The position numbers and the translations under genes are program-made. From Lingula anatina (Eukaryota; Animalia; Brachiopoda): DNA of 64,000 bases. Under the pieces are notes generated by a model that saw only the letters and a list, made by a program, of their open reading frames with translations, was not told where the DNA came from and searched no databases. Where the stretch lies: contig CM120646.1 in the NCBI GenBank assembly GCA_051362555.1, positions 17,856,001 through 17,920,000 on the forward strand, read 5' to 3'. This document shows, one piece after another, positions 25,801-40,800 of this stretch; within the stretch, counting starts at the first letter, position 1; each line of letters starts with the position of its first letter.

Positions 25801-28800
25801 CAGTATGCCAGTGACCACAGGTGGAGGTAAGGCATTTGACATGGCCGGGAAAGCACCTGCAGGTGGAACCATGACTGGGCATGGCATTGCTGGCATCAAA
25901 ACTGGCATGGGGAGAAGACCTGGTGGGGTCAGTGAAGGCAGACCTATAGAGCCAGTGACGGGTGCTTGAGGTAGACCCATATGGGCTGACGCACGTGGCT
26001 GCTGTATTAAAGGCAGTGGGGATGGCTGGAGAACAGGTAATGGGGGCTGCCTTACAACAGGCATGGCTGTCTGCATTAAAGGCATCTGAGACTGCATTAC
26101 ATCAAGTGGTGTGTGGACAGAATTCACTGGAATGTGCTGGACCATAGAAGCAGGTGGCTGATTCATTAAGCTTTGAGTTTGTTCCAAGGGTGCTGTGTGT
26201 GCCTGGGTCATCACACTGGTTGAATGGTGTAAGGCAGCAATGGTTGACAGCATTTCACTGGCACTGCCTGGACAACTGGTCACTGGTGATTTTCTTTGGT
26301 CTAGACTGATTTTCTTTTTGGCATTCATCTGCTTGGGATCGTTTTCACGACTTGCTTTGGCCCCCAATGGTGAGGACTTTGGTGATGCTTTAAGAGAAGA
26401 ATCAGAGCGTGCTGGTGAGTTTGGCTGGGAATTTTGTCTTCCAATAATACTGTTACGCAATATCTCCCGCACTGACTCTCCACTATCTTGCCTGGAGAGG
26501 GAGCTACTGGAAGAAGAAGAGTATGGACAATCAAAACTTTGAGAAAAGCTGTTTTTCCTTGCTGCTCCCCCTCTACTAGGACTAATTGCCTGTTGTTTAT
26601 CAAATGGCTTACTTCCAGAGGGACTTTTGGGTACAGAACTCTTGGTCTTATTTTGCTTGATGTCATGCTGGGCCTTATTAGATTTTCCAGCACTTTTAAA
26701 ACTCTTGAGATAGTCATCTTCTGAAGTCTGCTCCATTGCCTCAGACACCACTGTTGGCACCAGTAATTCTCTGATTGATTTTTCATCAGACTGGTGGGTA
26801 AGCTGATTACTAAACTGATCTGGGACAGGGGATTTAAGTGATGGAATTGGCTGTGGGATGACCTCTGGCTGTGAAGATCTAGAAACCATCAACTGTGTCG
26901 TAAAAGGTGGCTGAAATGGCTCCATCTGGACACCACTTTGTAGCAAGTTTGTTCCTGATACTGGAAAACAAGCAGTTGGAGGAGGGACAACTTTTTCACA
27001 AATGATGTCATCATCTTCAGCATCACAATCCTTTTCTTTATTATTTCTAGCTGTGACTAAACATGAATCAGAGGAATTGCTGATTTCTTGATCTTTGTTT
27101 TCTTCTGTAAGAACTGTTTCATTGTTTGCTTTCTCTTCCACCTGAAACTGACTACAACTATCATTTGCCTTTTCTGCCACTCTTACATTCTGTCCATCAT
27201 TACCATAAAGCTGCTGCTCTTGAATACCATCCTCAACTTGAATTGTCTCAGTTGCCTGCTTTGTGGGGACTTCTGTTTCATCCAATAATCCATCTTTGAT
27301 TTCACTCTGAGTTGAGCAAGCTGTAGCAGAGAGGTCAGTATTATGGTGTTGTTCTACTGAACAAATAGCAGCATTTACTTGTGGGGCATCCTTGACATTT
27401 GAAGACTCCTCTTTGTTGGAGGATTCTTCTAGTGTCTGTTGGTTTGCATCCAGGTCATCATCTAAACTAACTGACTGCTTAGTGACTTCCACCACTTCTC
27501 CTTTTTCATCAAGAACAATCACAGTAGCTTCCTTGTCGTTTTCAGTGTTCTTTTCTTCAGTTTCATCACGGTATATGATTATGGTACCCCTATTGCTTTC
27601 AACTTCTATAGCAATGGTGTCTTCTTCTTCTAAACTGGAGAGTGGAACAGCTTCATCCATGTCCGTTTCCATGGGAACCAGGTCGTCACATTCTGCCGGG
27701 TTTTTGGGTGGCAGAGATTCTGTTTGAGACACATCCGTTTCTTTTGTACACAAATCTTCAACTGAAGCTTCAGACCTATTAATTATATCAACTGAATTGT
27801 CTGAGTCATTTGCTCTCTGCAATTCAACTTCTAAAGTGTCCACAGGTGATTCTTTGACATTGTTATCCTGTGTGACCTTGCTTGATGTTGCTGTCTTCTC
27901 AACAGGTTTTAAGTCTGATTGATGGTCTAAATCAGATTCATCAGTTCTTTCCATTTCAACCACACCTTTGTCATCCACCTTTCTATAGTCACGAACAGGC
28001 AAGCCAGGAGTTTCAGTTGATATATCAGTGTCACTCTCCCCTGATGCAATTTGCTTCTCCCAAAGCTTCTCATTTCTTTTCAGGTTTTTATTGGCTGCAA
28101 CGTTAAGGCGTTTGGTGAACTTCCTCAGGTTGGCCAGCTTATGATCCTCCAGTTGAGGAGAAGCGACAACTGGAACTGCCTTTCCAGGGTCAAGATTCAA
28201 TAACTTTAATGTCTTGGGAGACAGCACAGAGAGATCAACTGTGGTTGGTTTCTGTGCCTTTGGCCAAGATTGACCAAGACTAGTACTGGCAATGTTCCCC
28301 CACTGAGGACTACCCATGGCTCCCTCTGGCAAACTGACACTTCGTTTTAGCTTCTTGGCGCGAGGCTCCCTGTCAGACTTTTCCACGTTGCTTTTGTCTT
28401 CCAAATGTTGAGTATCGGAGGCAAATAATGGCTTTGGCTGCTGTTCTTTGACAACTGATGGTGCATCAGCATGAACAGGTTTCATTGAGCATGTGCTCAA
28501 CTGACTTAATGACTCCATGGCTTTAGCGTCATACTGTGGATGAGTCTCATCATGGACAATGGTCATATCTTGCATGATGATATCTGCGGCATTATCCTCC
28601 GTAGGTTGGACCTCTATTATCCGGCATGTGTAAATACACCTGCGTCGCGCATCTCTGGTGCTCCAATACACTCTGGTGCAGCTGGAATAAAATAATTTTT
28701 TTTAACCATTTTTATATACAATTCTTTTGGAGTTTCACTCACAAAAATGAAATATGGAATACAACTTTAAAATTCATAACCTAAAGAGCCACAACCTTAA

Positions 28801-31800
28801 TGTAGTGCATATTTTCATGATGATAAACAAGACATTTTGCATTTGTATTTTGAAAATTCACATGGGTAATAAATCGATTAACTCACCAGAATTCCACAGG
28901 GAACAACAGATCATGAAGGTCAGATATGGGACATAATCTACCAAGGTTTTCAACTGTCATAGAGCCTAGGGAAAACAAGCAAACAATAGCTTGGTGTTAT
29001 TATATAAATCCAGTAAAGCTTATTATCATTACATACAAGTTTGATAACATGGGATAACTCCTGAAGGTTTTTATAACCACTAAGTGCAAACTTTATGTTT
29101 GTTAAAACCAAAATGAAGCTTAAGGAGAAATCAGTTTTGTTAACAAGTTTAACATACTGCATTTTCCATCTCAATGTGGTTGAGCATGTCTCATAATAAA
29201 CTGAAGAGTAGATGCATGTTCACAAGGGAGCTTTTACCCAACCTGATTCAATAATGTTAGATAACATTTCTTTTGCTATATGGCAATTTATCTGCTATTT
29301 ATTTTAAATCTACATATAAATTCTCATCAATACACAAGCTTACCAACAAGAATGTTCAAAACATCCGGTTGTAACCCATTGACCCAGTTCTTCTTGGTCC
29401 AGCGTATGCTCTCCATATCCACACATGCTCTTCTCAGCACTGCAAACTTGTCCTTTTTCACAACCTGAGTATACAAACAAACAATAATAATAATAATTAA
29501 TAATAATAAATGAATAATCAACAATTGTGTCACTTGATAAAATTTAATTACAAGAGACACACTGCATTTATGATGAAATACTTTCTTCTTGAAAGATACA
29601 TATCATTTTATCATCTGTGAAATTGTAGGACAGCTACAAAATTGAATTTTAAAAGAAGTCATAAATTTGGTTGTTTTATCATGTGTCACTGTTGAACTGT
29701 TGTTATAACACTGAAGCTATTGAATAACAAGCATTTTTCTTTACCTCTCCATCCAAATGAAACCTATGCTCCCAGCAGAACACTTTCTTGTCCTCTTGGA
29801 AGATGCAGTTGGCCTGTTTGGCACAGATGAAGTGGTAGTTGGATGGACAGCCCCTGGTACAGCACCCAACAGTGGCACCACTCTGCTTACACCTCTCACA
29901 CTTCTGCAAGTCAGATAACAAAAAAAAAACATTCGATGTTTCACAGATGAGACTGCCATTCAGTGAAAAAGTCAGAAAATATGGCATGGGGACCAGGGGG
30001 CTACCTAGGCCAATGATATTTTTGGTTCCCAAAAAGTTGAAAATACACCAAAAGTAGGGAAAATCTTATCCCTCATGTTTACCTGGGATAAAGAACATGC
30101 TCTGCTAAGGCCAGCACAATAAAATTTAGCCAAGTGCTAAAAGTCTTTGAATCTGGCAAAGAAAAATGTGAACTATTTCTTTACCTTTTACCAATGAGCT
30201 TGTCTGCATTCATTTTTTTTTTCAAAATTTCTTTTTGAAAATTATATCCTAATTATATTCCTGCAACTGACATTGATAACAGTCCTTGGGGAAAATGACT
30301 CCCTCCATTACAGTACATACCAGCATCCTTCCCCTGGCCATTGCTGAGTGGACATTCTGGAGTGACCCGTCCACTTCCTCAAACACCTCAGCTGACCACA
30401 AGGCACAGTTGACATGCGTCCAGTCGTCCTGGCCAGCATACAGGAGTCTGCCTGCATCCTGGAGAAAATGAAAATTGTGACGGTCATATTGGTTAGTTAC
30501 ACAGGAAATGCCCAGAAGTCTAAAGTGACTCAGGGAACAGGCAACAAATATTAGAACAAAGTTTAAAGTTGGCGGCATTTTGTGGTTATCTTTATACACT
30601 ATAAGTGCTTGATATTTAGTTGTTACATATACTTTCTTTTCAACAACAGAATGATAAACAAATATTAAATTATGTATAATAATATCACAAATATGTGGAT
30701 TACATTCACTTTGCATGATGCCAGCTTAAGGTATATTACCCACATATTTTTTTTCTCTTTTAGCTTAGTTAATAAATAAATAAGTCTACTAACATTTGGT
30801 GTGTCATCTCCAACCTGACCACAGAAGGAACATTTTCTGTTGTCCTCCCCAAAAAATTCACTGGTCTCCTTCAGGGGCTGGTCGACTTCTGTTATCACGG
30901 TGGCAAAGTTACCCGCGTTCTCTGTCAAGGAGGCTGAAAATTAAAATATTTTTATCATCAAACTTAGAACACTTAAGTTACTTTCAATTCTGACCAAAGA
31001 CATGATTTATGGAAAATCTGGTGTTGGTTTGAAAAAATACCTCTTCAAAATTAGTCTGAAATTTGGGATCAAAAATTGTAATCAACAACAACTGAAAGTA
31101 AATATGTAGCAGCCCTCTCAAAGTAACTATTTGTTGTAACATTAGCCATTTTTCTGGTATAAAATGTGAACAATGCTGAAGAGGACTTCAGATTTATCTT
31201 CATTAAAGTTTCAGTCTCAAAGTTAAGACTACTTTTTGCATACGGTAGTTCCATAATTGTAAAACTGGCCACAAGTCTTAACACTGCTGAAGTCTTACCA
31301 ACGGGCACTACAGTCTTTGTGGGTGACCTGAGCATCTTCTTGAAGGGAGAGGGTTGGGGCGATATGGGGTGTTCCTCTCTCTCCAGCCACTGGGCGTAGG
31401 TGTGGTCATCAGTAGGGGGGATGACCGCGTCTGGCAGCATCCCTCTGGAATTGGACAATGAAAATATTGCAAAAGCTATTCAATGTTTTTATCAGTCAAA
31501 TACCAAAGTGTTATAAGTCCTTGTGAGTAAAAACATGATAGAAGAAATTTCAACTTTCCTTTTATTACTTTAATACTGAAATGTCACTTGTCAGTCCACT
31601 GTTGGTTTAAATTTTTAAAAAACATCAATAGAGCTCAAGAAGTGGAATTAGCATGTATTTATAATAAAAAATCTGTTCTTCAGCTGTCATTTTCATTATA
31701 AAACTTACGCTGGCAGATTGCTGCTGTGTCCCCACAGATTAGACTTGTTCACATTAAACCAAGGAAAACATTTCTCCATTTGCTGAAAAGAAGTGGAATG

Positions 31801-34800
31801 TTTTAGGAGCAGGGTGAACTGGGTAAATGTGAAAGTGTCTGAATGCATAATTACAATTTAGTAGATAGCATATTACAGACATTAACATTAAACATTGAAA
31901 GTAGAGGAAAAGAACAGGATTAAAAATAAAATTGTAATAGCTTTTGCCTCAACATCAGGAAAATCCTACCCATAGAACAGAAATATATACACCTTATATA
32001 ATTGTAAAGCCATAAAATTTAGTGTGTTTAAATACGAGTCACATGTAAAGTCTTTGTGTCTTTGTCCTAACCTTAACAAATATGGACCGAACTGTGTTGT
32101 TTGCTTTCCTCACATAGCCAGGTAACAGGTCTTGTTTCTTTATGGCTGCCTGAATTATCCTGATGATGTCATCACTGAACTCCTCCTGGAAAACAGTACA
32201 TCCAAATTATAATATTTTCTATCATGGTTATATCTCTATAACCCCAATAGGCTGCTTTATATTAGCATTCGTATATGGCACAGTCAACAAACACTTTAAG
32301 TTTGAAAAAATGTTCACAAAAATTAATCCTGATCAGGATCAACATTTTACTTAACAATTTTGAGTTTTCAGTTAAAATCTTCTCTATCATTTGATACAGA
32401 TTCTTACCAGTGTCTTGTATTGGTTCTCAGTCAGTTTGGTTTTAATTTGATGGAAGTCTTGTGGGCAGCCCTCTGGCCAGGTGTCTTCATCTTGCTGTTC
32501 CTCTTGACCACCCGCCACTTCACCATGTGATACAATACTCTTTGTTTTGTCTCCTGTCTGTTTGTTTTGGGAATCAACACTCATCTCTTTGTCCCTTGTC
32601 TGTATACTTATGTAATCCTCTTTTTGCTGTAATGATGTTGTCGTGTCCATGCTTTCATCACAGGTTTTAGTTTGATTCTGTGATATGCCATGCCATCCCG
32701 GCTCCTCTTGGTTGTCTGTTTTACCTGTACTGCTGCTGCCACCTGGTAATGGTTTGGCTAATGCTGATCCTTCAGAACTTCCCAGGGCAAATCTGATGAA
32801 CTGGTCTTCATATGTGGAGATAGTTTGTCTTGTACTGGTTGCTTTTTGAACATTGTTAATGCTTGTGCAGCTTTCAGATGTTACATCTGTCAAAGATAAT
32901 CTCTGGCCTGAGCTAGGGATCGTCTGAGTACCCCCTTTATCATTCCTGGAAGAGTCACTCTCCAAACTATGGGACTTAGGGTCACTAATGCCTGAGCTTT
33001 CCTCACCTTTATATATAGGTGATGAAGCCTGAACAAGTGCCAACAAGTTTGTGCTTTCATCAGCTTTTAATCCAAAACTGGCCTCTTTTTCATCCTGAGA
33101 TTCATGTGCTGAACGTAATTCTGATTGGTTAATTGTGCTGTCAGCTTCTGTTGTCTGCTCCACCATTTCCACATCTGTACCAGTGGAAACTGAACTCAAT
33201 TTAGACATATCTGTGGTTTCATCACTTTTATTTTCAAAGGAAATCCCTTGACTTGAAATCTTGCCATCTTCACTGGCATCTTCCATCCCTGAGTTAGATG
33301 TGAAAGAAGTATGTTGTCCTTCTTCCAGATTGTCTTTGGTAGAAAACTGAACACTGCTGTCCTCTACTGGTAGTGATTTGTCTCTCTTATTTTCACCTCC
33401 ATCAACCCCCTGTAGAGAATCTTCTTGGTTGGATGCCTTGTCCACATCCTCATCACTTTGATTCACAGAGCTCTGAACATTTTTGTCTCCTGTTTGAACA
33501 ACACTTCTACCTGTCCTTTCGTCAGATTTTGGCAAAGCTTTCTCTGCTGTCCTTTTCTCTGCCACAATTTTAACCCCTGATCTAGTCACACGACCAACAG
33601 ATGTCTTTTCATGTTCCTCATCCTTAGTATCTGAACCCATACCACCTCGTTCATCATGTTCCAAATCAACATGACTAACATGTTTATCAATAAATTTGTC
33701 TGTTGATTTTGTGTCATGACAACCAGGTGCTGCCATATCAACATCTCTTTCCTGATCAGCTTTTCTGCCCTTGACGCCAGATCTTGTTACTCTACTCTGC
33801 TTTTGATCTTCATAAACAATGATTTCTTCATCACAAGACATGTCCTGGGCTTGCGTATTGTCTGGTGCTTCACTGTGAATGATTGGCGTCTTCTTTTCTT
33901 CCTTACCTTCACCTTTTTGTTCTTCTTCATGACCTTCACCTTTCTTCGACCCAAATTTGGTCCCCAATCTGGTAGTGTGTTCTAGAACAACTGGTTCTTC
34001 TTCGAAAATATTTTTGTATTCTTCACTGGTACCTGCTGTTACAGATAAACTCATCTCTTCTAGACTCTGAAAAAATAATTCAACATGATTTTAATCATAC
34101 TTTAAGTTTTGTACCTGTACTAATGGGCTTAAAAATTGTCTGTTTTCTTAAAAATTTATCCACATTCAGCACTCTTCATTATTGACTGGAATCAAAAACA
34201 CAAAAACAGCTTTATTATTATAAATAAGTCAAAACTGCCCTCATCAAGTAATTTTTCAATCCATTAAATGCACTTACATGTTTAAAATTCATGAGATGCT
34301 GGGCACTCTTGGACTGGGTAATGGCCTGAATGACCATCTGGAACCCGGTCATTCTCTCTGCCATGACCGCCTGCTCCCACTGGGCTGGACGGCTCTTGGT
34401 GCAGATCTGACACGTGAAGGGCACGTCATCAGGGAGATAGGAGACTAGCTGGTACACCTCATCTGAAATCATTAAAAAAACGAAGTTTTAATATTTAAGA
34501 GAAATATTGAAAAGAAAATTAATTCTGAAACACTACAGATGTTCTTAAGCTTGATATGTGTTTAACCCCGAGAAATTTTCTAAAAAACAAGCAGTTAAAA
34601 CTTTGTGAAATGGCAGCTTGTGGCCCTCATGGCTGGTGGCCTTAATTCCTGACTGATAGCCATGCAAACTTGGCCTCAAAGTTTCACTGCTTGACCCATG
34701 GTCCCTCGACCACTTGACCACTACCTACCTGTCATGTTCTCGCACTTAGCATGGACCCAGGCCTCGCACCCTGAACACTGCACCATCTTGGACTCCCAGT

Positions 34801-37800
34801 CGTCGTCCGAGTAACACTTGTGACACACAGGACAGTAATTACCTGGTTACATGATAAGACACCAAACATAAATTTAAAGGCAATGCAATTAATTAACAAT
34901 GCTAAACATAATCTATATGGACTGATGACTTACTTGGAGAAAACTAAAATGGCTCCACTTTTTTTAAAACCAAATTTATCACCAATTTAGAGCAAACTTT
35001 CGATTTGACTGAAATCCTCCAGCCATTTGGCCAGGAGATGTTCCTACCCAGAGTAAACCCAGATACTAACCTTTGTCCATTAGCTTCCCACATTCGTAGC
35101 AGAGTTGGAAGTCGTGCGTCCACATAGCACCTGTTGTTGTTCCTGGCGATGTGGCCCCACAACTACGACACTTCACACACTTTGTACACACCTGAAATAT
35201 AGTTTTATTTTGCCATATGAAAGGGAGAAAAAAAGGCAAGCTACTTGGAACTTGTCTTCCAACACTCTTTAGGCTGGCTTTGAAATAATTAGAAACTTGG
35301 CCTCTATTATAGGTAAATTCTCTACTGCTAGAGGAAGTTAGTGTCCAATAAACTCTAAAACTAAGGGTGATTCAGCAGAATACCAAGTACAAGATTTAGT
35401 AAGTTTATGCTGTGCCTGGTGATAACATTATTTCCTGGAATTAAAGAAATTGGGGTGTCCTTTTTGATTTAAAGAGAGAAGAAAAGAGTTCATAAGACAA
35501 CCATGTAAACTGTGCTGAACTCACCCATATCTTTTTGTTCCTAGATGGTTTGGTGGGGTAGTTAGGACCCAGACACTCGGGGTGATAGGTATTGTTGCAC
35601 TTGTCACATTGCAAAAGCTGGAAATAATCATTTTTTAAAATCAATTTGACTATAAACAGGGCATTATTAAGTTTTCTAGATTGAGCATTCAATAATGAGC
35701 TTCTGAAAGTAAGCAGACTCTCTTTGTTGTACCAATACAGCCTGTGACAGCAAGTGACATGAACCTGTAACAATTTAAATATGCCACAGACTGAATGGGT
35801 TTCTACCCCTGTAATTTCAAATTAAGAGATTATAAACTCTACAAAATGAAATCAAAATGCTCCGACTTACATTGTTCCTTCTACCACACACATTGCAGAA
35901 CTGACATCGTCTACATAACCAGTTTTCTTGTTCATCTTTGCTTGGTTTCTCATGTTCCTCCAGACAAAATAGATGGAATGGCTCACAGCAAATATTGCAG
36001 TAAATTAACTGAAAGTATAAAATATGGAATGGTTTCTATCAAAACTACACTGGTTCAATTGAAAATAAAATATGTGACAAAGCTTACAACAAATACCACA
36101 GTAAATTTGCTGAAAACAAATATCTATCTTAAACATGCAGTCCGTAAGTTGGACTTGGCAGACAGACAACACAGCGTCAATGAGTAAGTTTTATACAATT
36201 CATATTCTACAAATGTGACGTAAAACTCATTTTCCAGAATAACTTTTTAATCTGTATGACTCTTTTCTCTCCTTTGAGCTCCATACAGCTTAGCATAAAA
36301 TGTCTTTAAAGTAATTAATATCAAAATATTTATTTTAGTAAATGTTAACTCACATCATGCTGTCCAGCACTGCCACAGAGGAAGCAGACCAGCCTCACAC
36401 AAAATGGTGTTGCTGCAATTAGTGACAGACCTCGCTCCCATGCAATATCTATGTCATAATTCTCCTGAAATTTCACACAATGGATGAGAGTTGGCATTCA
36501 AATAATTTAATGATGAAATAATTTCATATATAACTGTTTTAATCAAATTTCAAGGAGATTTTTGAAAAACAAAGATTTGTAAAACCCCAAAGTTTGCAAC
36601 ATTTTGCAATGTTTTTTTTTTTTTCAGTTCTATTTGATGATTTATGATGCCACACAAACTTTTAAAATTAAAATTTATATAAAACCAACTTACAATGAAA
36701 TCTGCCATGATTCTGTGCTTGCTCTGCCCACTGATTGACCACTGCCTCTGTCTGGCTGTGGGAAGGGCTGGCATAATGGCGGTCTTTGCAGACAGAAGGT
36801 CGCGCTGAGTCTGAAGCGTTAAGATAACTATCATAATGGCCCAACAATCTTATTTACCAAAAGGGCGTATTAATTTTTACTGGCTGATGCTTCTCCAAGA
36901 CAAATTTTGAGGTCTAAAAGTAACAGTATTGGCTCAACAGGATCAAAAGTACATTTCTGTACATAATCCCCTTTCATCCATCAATTCAATAAATTCACAT
37001 TTCCCAATTAAAACAAATTAATAAATCCGGTAAAAATTGGTACAATTTTAGCCGGATACATTTAGGCAAAATGATAACTTGTTTAGTATATGGCTAAGCT
37101 GTATATGCTAGAGTGGTTTTAATTTGTAATTATTTTGTTTTAAAGCTGAATTTCAAATGCATATCTTCTATATATATCTTTCAGTGTATCATGTCAGTTA
37201 CTAGACCTCCTTAGTCAGTTTCAAGTCCAACCTTTTCAATCAGTTTCTAGACCTCCTTAGTCAGTTTCAATTCCAACCTTTTCAATCAGTTTCTAGACCT
37301 CCTTAGTCAGTTTCAAGTCTCACCTTATCAATCATCCTGCCAGTTCTCTTCTGCTGTAACACTGCTGGAACTGGTACATCACCAGTCTTCCCATCCATTG
37401 CCTTCTTATTCCTCCTCTCTGCCACATCAGTTGGAGGGGTCAAGACCTCTTTGGCTGAAAACCTGGCCATCAGTTGTTCCGAAACGCTAGCTTTGCTTCC
37501 AGTTGACACGACACTGTCCGTGTCTGAGTTATGGCCGGAGTTGTGCCCTGCGTTTCGCACAGTTGAGGAAGCTGCTGCTGCACTTCTTTTAGGGGACTTC
37601 TCTTTTGGGCGCTGATAAGGGTAAATAGGATTGGCACATTTGCGTTTGCTGAAAGAAAAGTTTTAATTGGTAAAGCAAAAAGAAATATTTACTGATAACC
37701 TCTATGCTAAAACTGATGTTGAATAATAATGCTTAAAATTGCTCATAATTATTGCTTTGGAAGCTGAAAGTAATTCTACAGACAAGTGAATATCAGTGAT

Positions 37801-40800
37801 CATTTTTCTGTTACACCTTTACATTAACACTAGCATACTTACGCACAAGCCTTCTTTCCTAGACCCTTTCCTCCAAACTTTGGCATGTCCCTTAAAAGAT
37901 AATTTAGAAAATAAAAGTCCCATACCAATAAAGGATCAACAGGTTTCATAAATAACTTATTTCAAATAATTGTTTTATCAATTCCGTAGTATCAATTAAC
38001 TTTCCAACTGACTTTCAAATATGCATAAACCATTTCCTATAAATACAAAGGCAAAATAAAACAAAGTATTTCTATGAAGTGTAAGTTTAAGAAACACAAA
38101 AACATTATTTTTCAAGCCAGCATCATAAAAATACTAACCTGCATGCCACGCATGCGCCGCAATCTTTGGTAAGACACCCAGGACATTTCTTACACCGCAT
38201 CATGCGCCTGCCTGGTATTTTCACCACAGGTTGCCGTCTCTCCAAGGGACTCTTTCGAGGGGAGGACTTTACAGGGGTGGTCTTCTTTACATGGACAACA
38301 TCATGCTTCTTGTCCTCTGACCTGGATATGATTTCGTCCATTGGAAGATCAGAGTCAGAGCTGTCTCCTGAAAAATTTTGTTACAATTCTTGGTTTAAAA
38401 AGTCATATATAATGATACATAATTAACATTTTCAAAGTTAATCACATCAAATGAGGCATATATTAATTCTCAGCCATTTACTGATATGATATTGGTAAAA
38501 TATTTATCTTGGCAAATCTCTTCCTCTCACAATGGTCTCAACCAACACAATCTAAATTTATCTCAACCAACGCAATCACTGTGTCTCAACCAGCACAATC
38601 TCACTCACCTGCCCTGGCTTTCTCCTCATCCTTCAGTATCTGTGCCTTCTCCAGGTTGGGAAGAGCACTGAGGCGGAGTTCAGGGGTTAGTGGGAACTTG
38701 GCTGGTGTGCCCAGAGCCACTGCTGCCTTTCTGCACACATGCTTAATCCTAGATGGAAATTTAGGACAATATGAAACATCACTTAGGACACAATAGATCA
38801 TTATTGCCTAAGGATAACCACGGATCATCATGCAGGACATGGTTTAAACTAGTTGGAGATGATCAAAAATTATCACCGTTTAAGGAACATGTGAATTATC
38901 AATGCCTAAGGAATTTTTTCACATTTAAGAACAACACGGTTCATCGCTGTTCAAGGACAACAGGAAAAATATCTGTCACAATACTTTAGTACCTGCTGTA
39001 GCTTATAAAAACTAATTAAACTAATGGTGATCTAGTGTAAAAATAGACAAATGTTATCATCAAATGGTATGATATCAGAAACTGCTAGGTTAGATGACTC
39101 AAGACTTTGAGTTTGTAATTTTCAGTTTACCTGGGGCCTCCTTTTACCATGGGAGTTGTCTCAGCGCCATCTGCTGACTCTGCCATTGGCTCAGCAACCT
39201 CCACTTCTGTGTCTCCGAAATCCAGCCTTCTGGAGGGACTGATGACCGATTGTCCTTCACCTAATATGGATTGGCCTAAATGAAAAAGGGATTTATCTAG
39301 AATATAATGTCAATGTTTATATTTGGATTGAACATGTGGCCTGCAATTATATTTAACTGACAAGTTGAGAATAATTCAAATATGCCTTAAATATCTGCAA
39401 AATTATTAAAAACAGAAATTAATCACACAGATTTCCGCATGAAATATCCACAAACCCCTTCATATGAATCAGATTCCCATTATACTGTGGACAAGTTTAT
39501 ATTTCAGTACTCTTATCAATCATGGCAGATTAACATATTTATTTCATGCTCAATTAGAGTAAATTTCGTAATAAATCTCCCCAGTGTTTGTCATTAGTAA
39601 AAACAGCCCTCAGGTGGCCAAATTTCAATCAACTTTATATTGTTTGTCAACTTATTTCTTTAATCCATTCTTATGTTAAACAAGATGGAAAAGATGTGAA
39701 GACATATATTGTACCTTCTTTACCAACAGCCTCAGCAGCCAGACTGGCAAAGCTTGGCATCTCTTCTCCATTTCCATCCAGAACATGTTCACTGGTAGGC
39801 TGCGGGGACTGAAATGACAGAGATCAGTCTAAGAGATAACTCAAGTCAGATAAAATATCAATCAGCTCAAACCCACACCCTCACCTTTAGACAAATATAT
39901 CTAATTTTATCAAAATCAGTAAATCATCGACATCACATCTTAAAACTTTTTGTAAAATTTAATGATCTTTTACATTTATTGTTTTAAACATTAATTGTAA
40001 CATTACCTTAATATATAACATTGAATGTTTTGCTAAATACCTCATAATAGCTAAGATGACTAGCACCCCCGTGAAATCTATACCCAAGGTGCTAATGTTA
40101 TCACATATTAATATATTAATATATTATAGACTTTATCTTTAAAATGGAGCAAATTCTAACAGAGACGATCATTACTTTGAATCCAGATTTCCGCCTTCCT
40201 ATCCCACCAAACCACTCGATACACTTGTTCAGACGACATGGAATGCATCTCTTGGTCACCCATTCTCCATTATTCCTCAGTATTTCACAGTCGCCTGGAA
40301 GCACAATACCAAAGAAACTTATTCAAAACAAGATTCTTTTTCTGAAAGTGACAGTTTGCACTTGGTATGAACATTCTGTGTAACATTACATCGGGGAGGG
40401 GGGTGGGGGGTGGGGGTGGGGGGGAGTCAAAGTATATACCTTCAGTATCTGACATCACTTTTAAATTACAATTAAAGGAAGAAAATATTCTTTTTGTCTT
40501 TACACAAATTACCTATACATAAATCATAAGTGAAACAAACAAAAAAAGGTAATTAATCAGAAAATCACAACTGTCCTGAGTTCATTCTTCTCACATAAAT
40601 ATGTCATTCAAGTGCTGAAACTTCTAATTTTCAAAGGAAAGCGTAATACACTTTACCATCTTTTCTTAAACCAATCTATGCTTAAGTTCAACATTAAGAA
40701 TTCACTCAAATTACCAGCTATTTGGCAGAAAGTTATTTACATACTTGTAAAATGACCCCAGTTATATATCTTAAGGAAAATAAGTGACACTGAATTAAAA

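Noticed and set aside
21064-28106. Many plus-strand ORFs opposite the giant KMT2 exon
   Set aside because: Expected antisense open frames of a long coding exon, with no recognisable domains.
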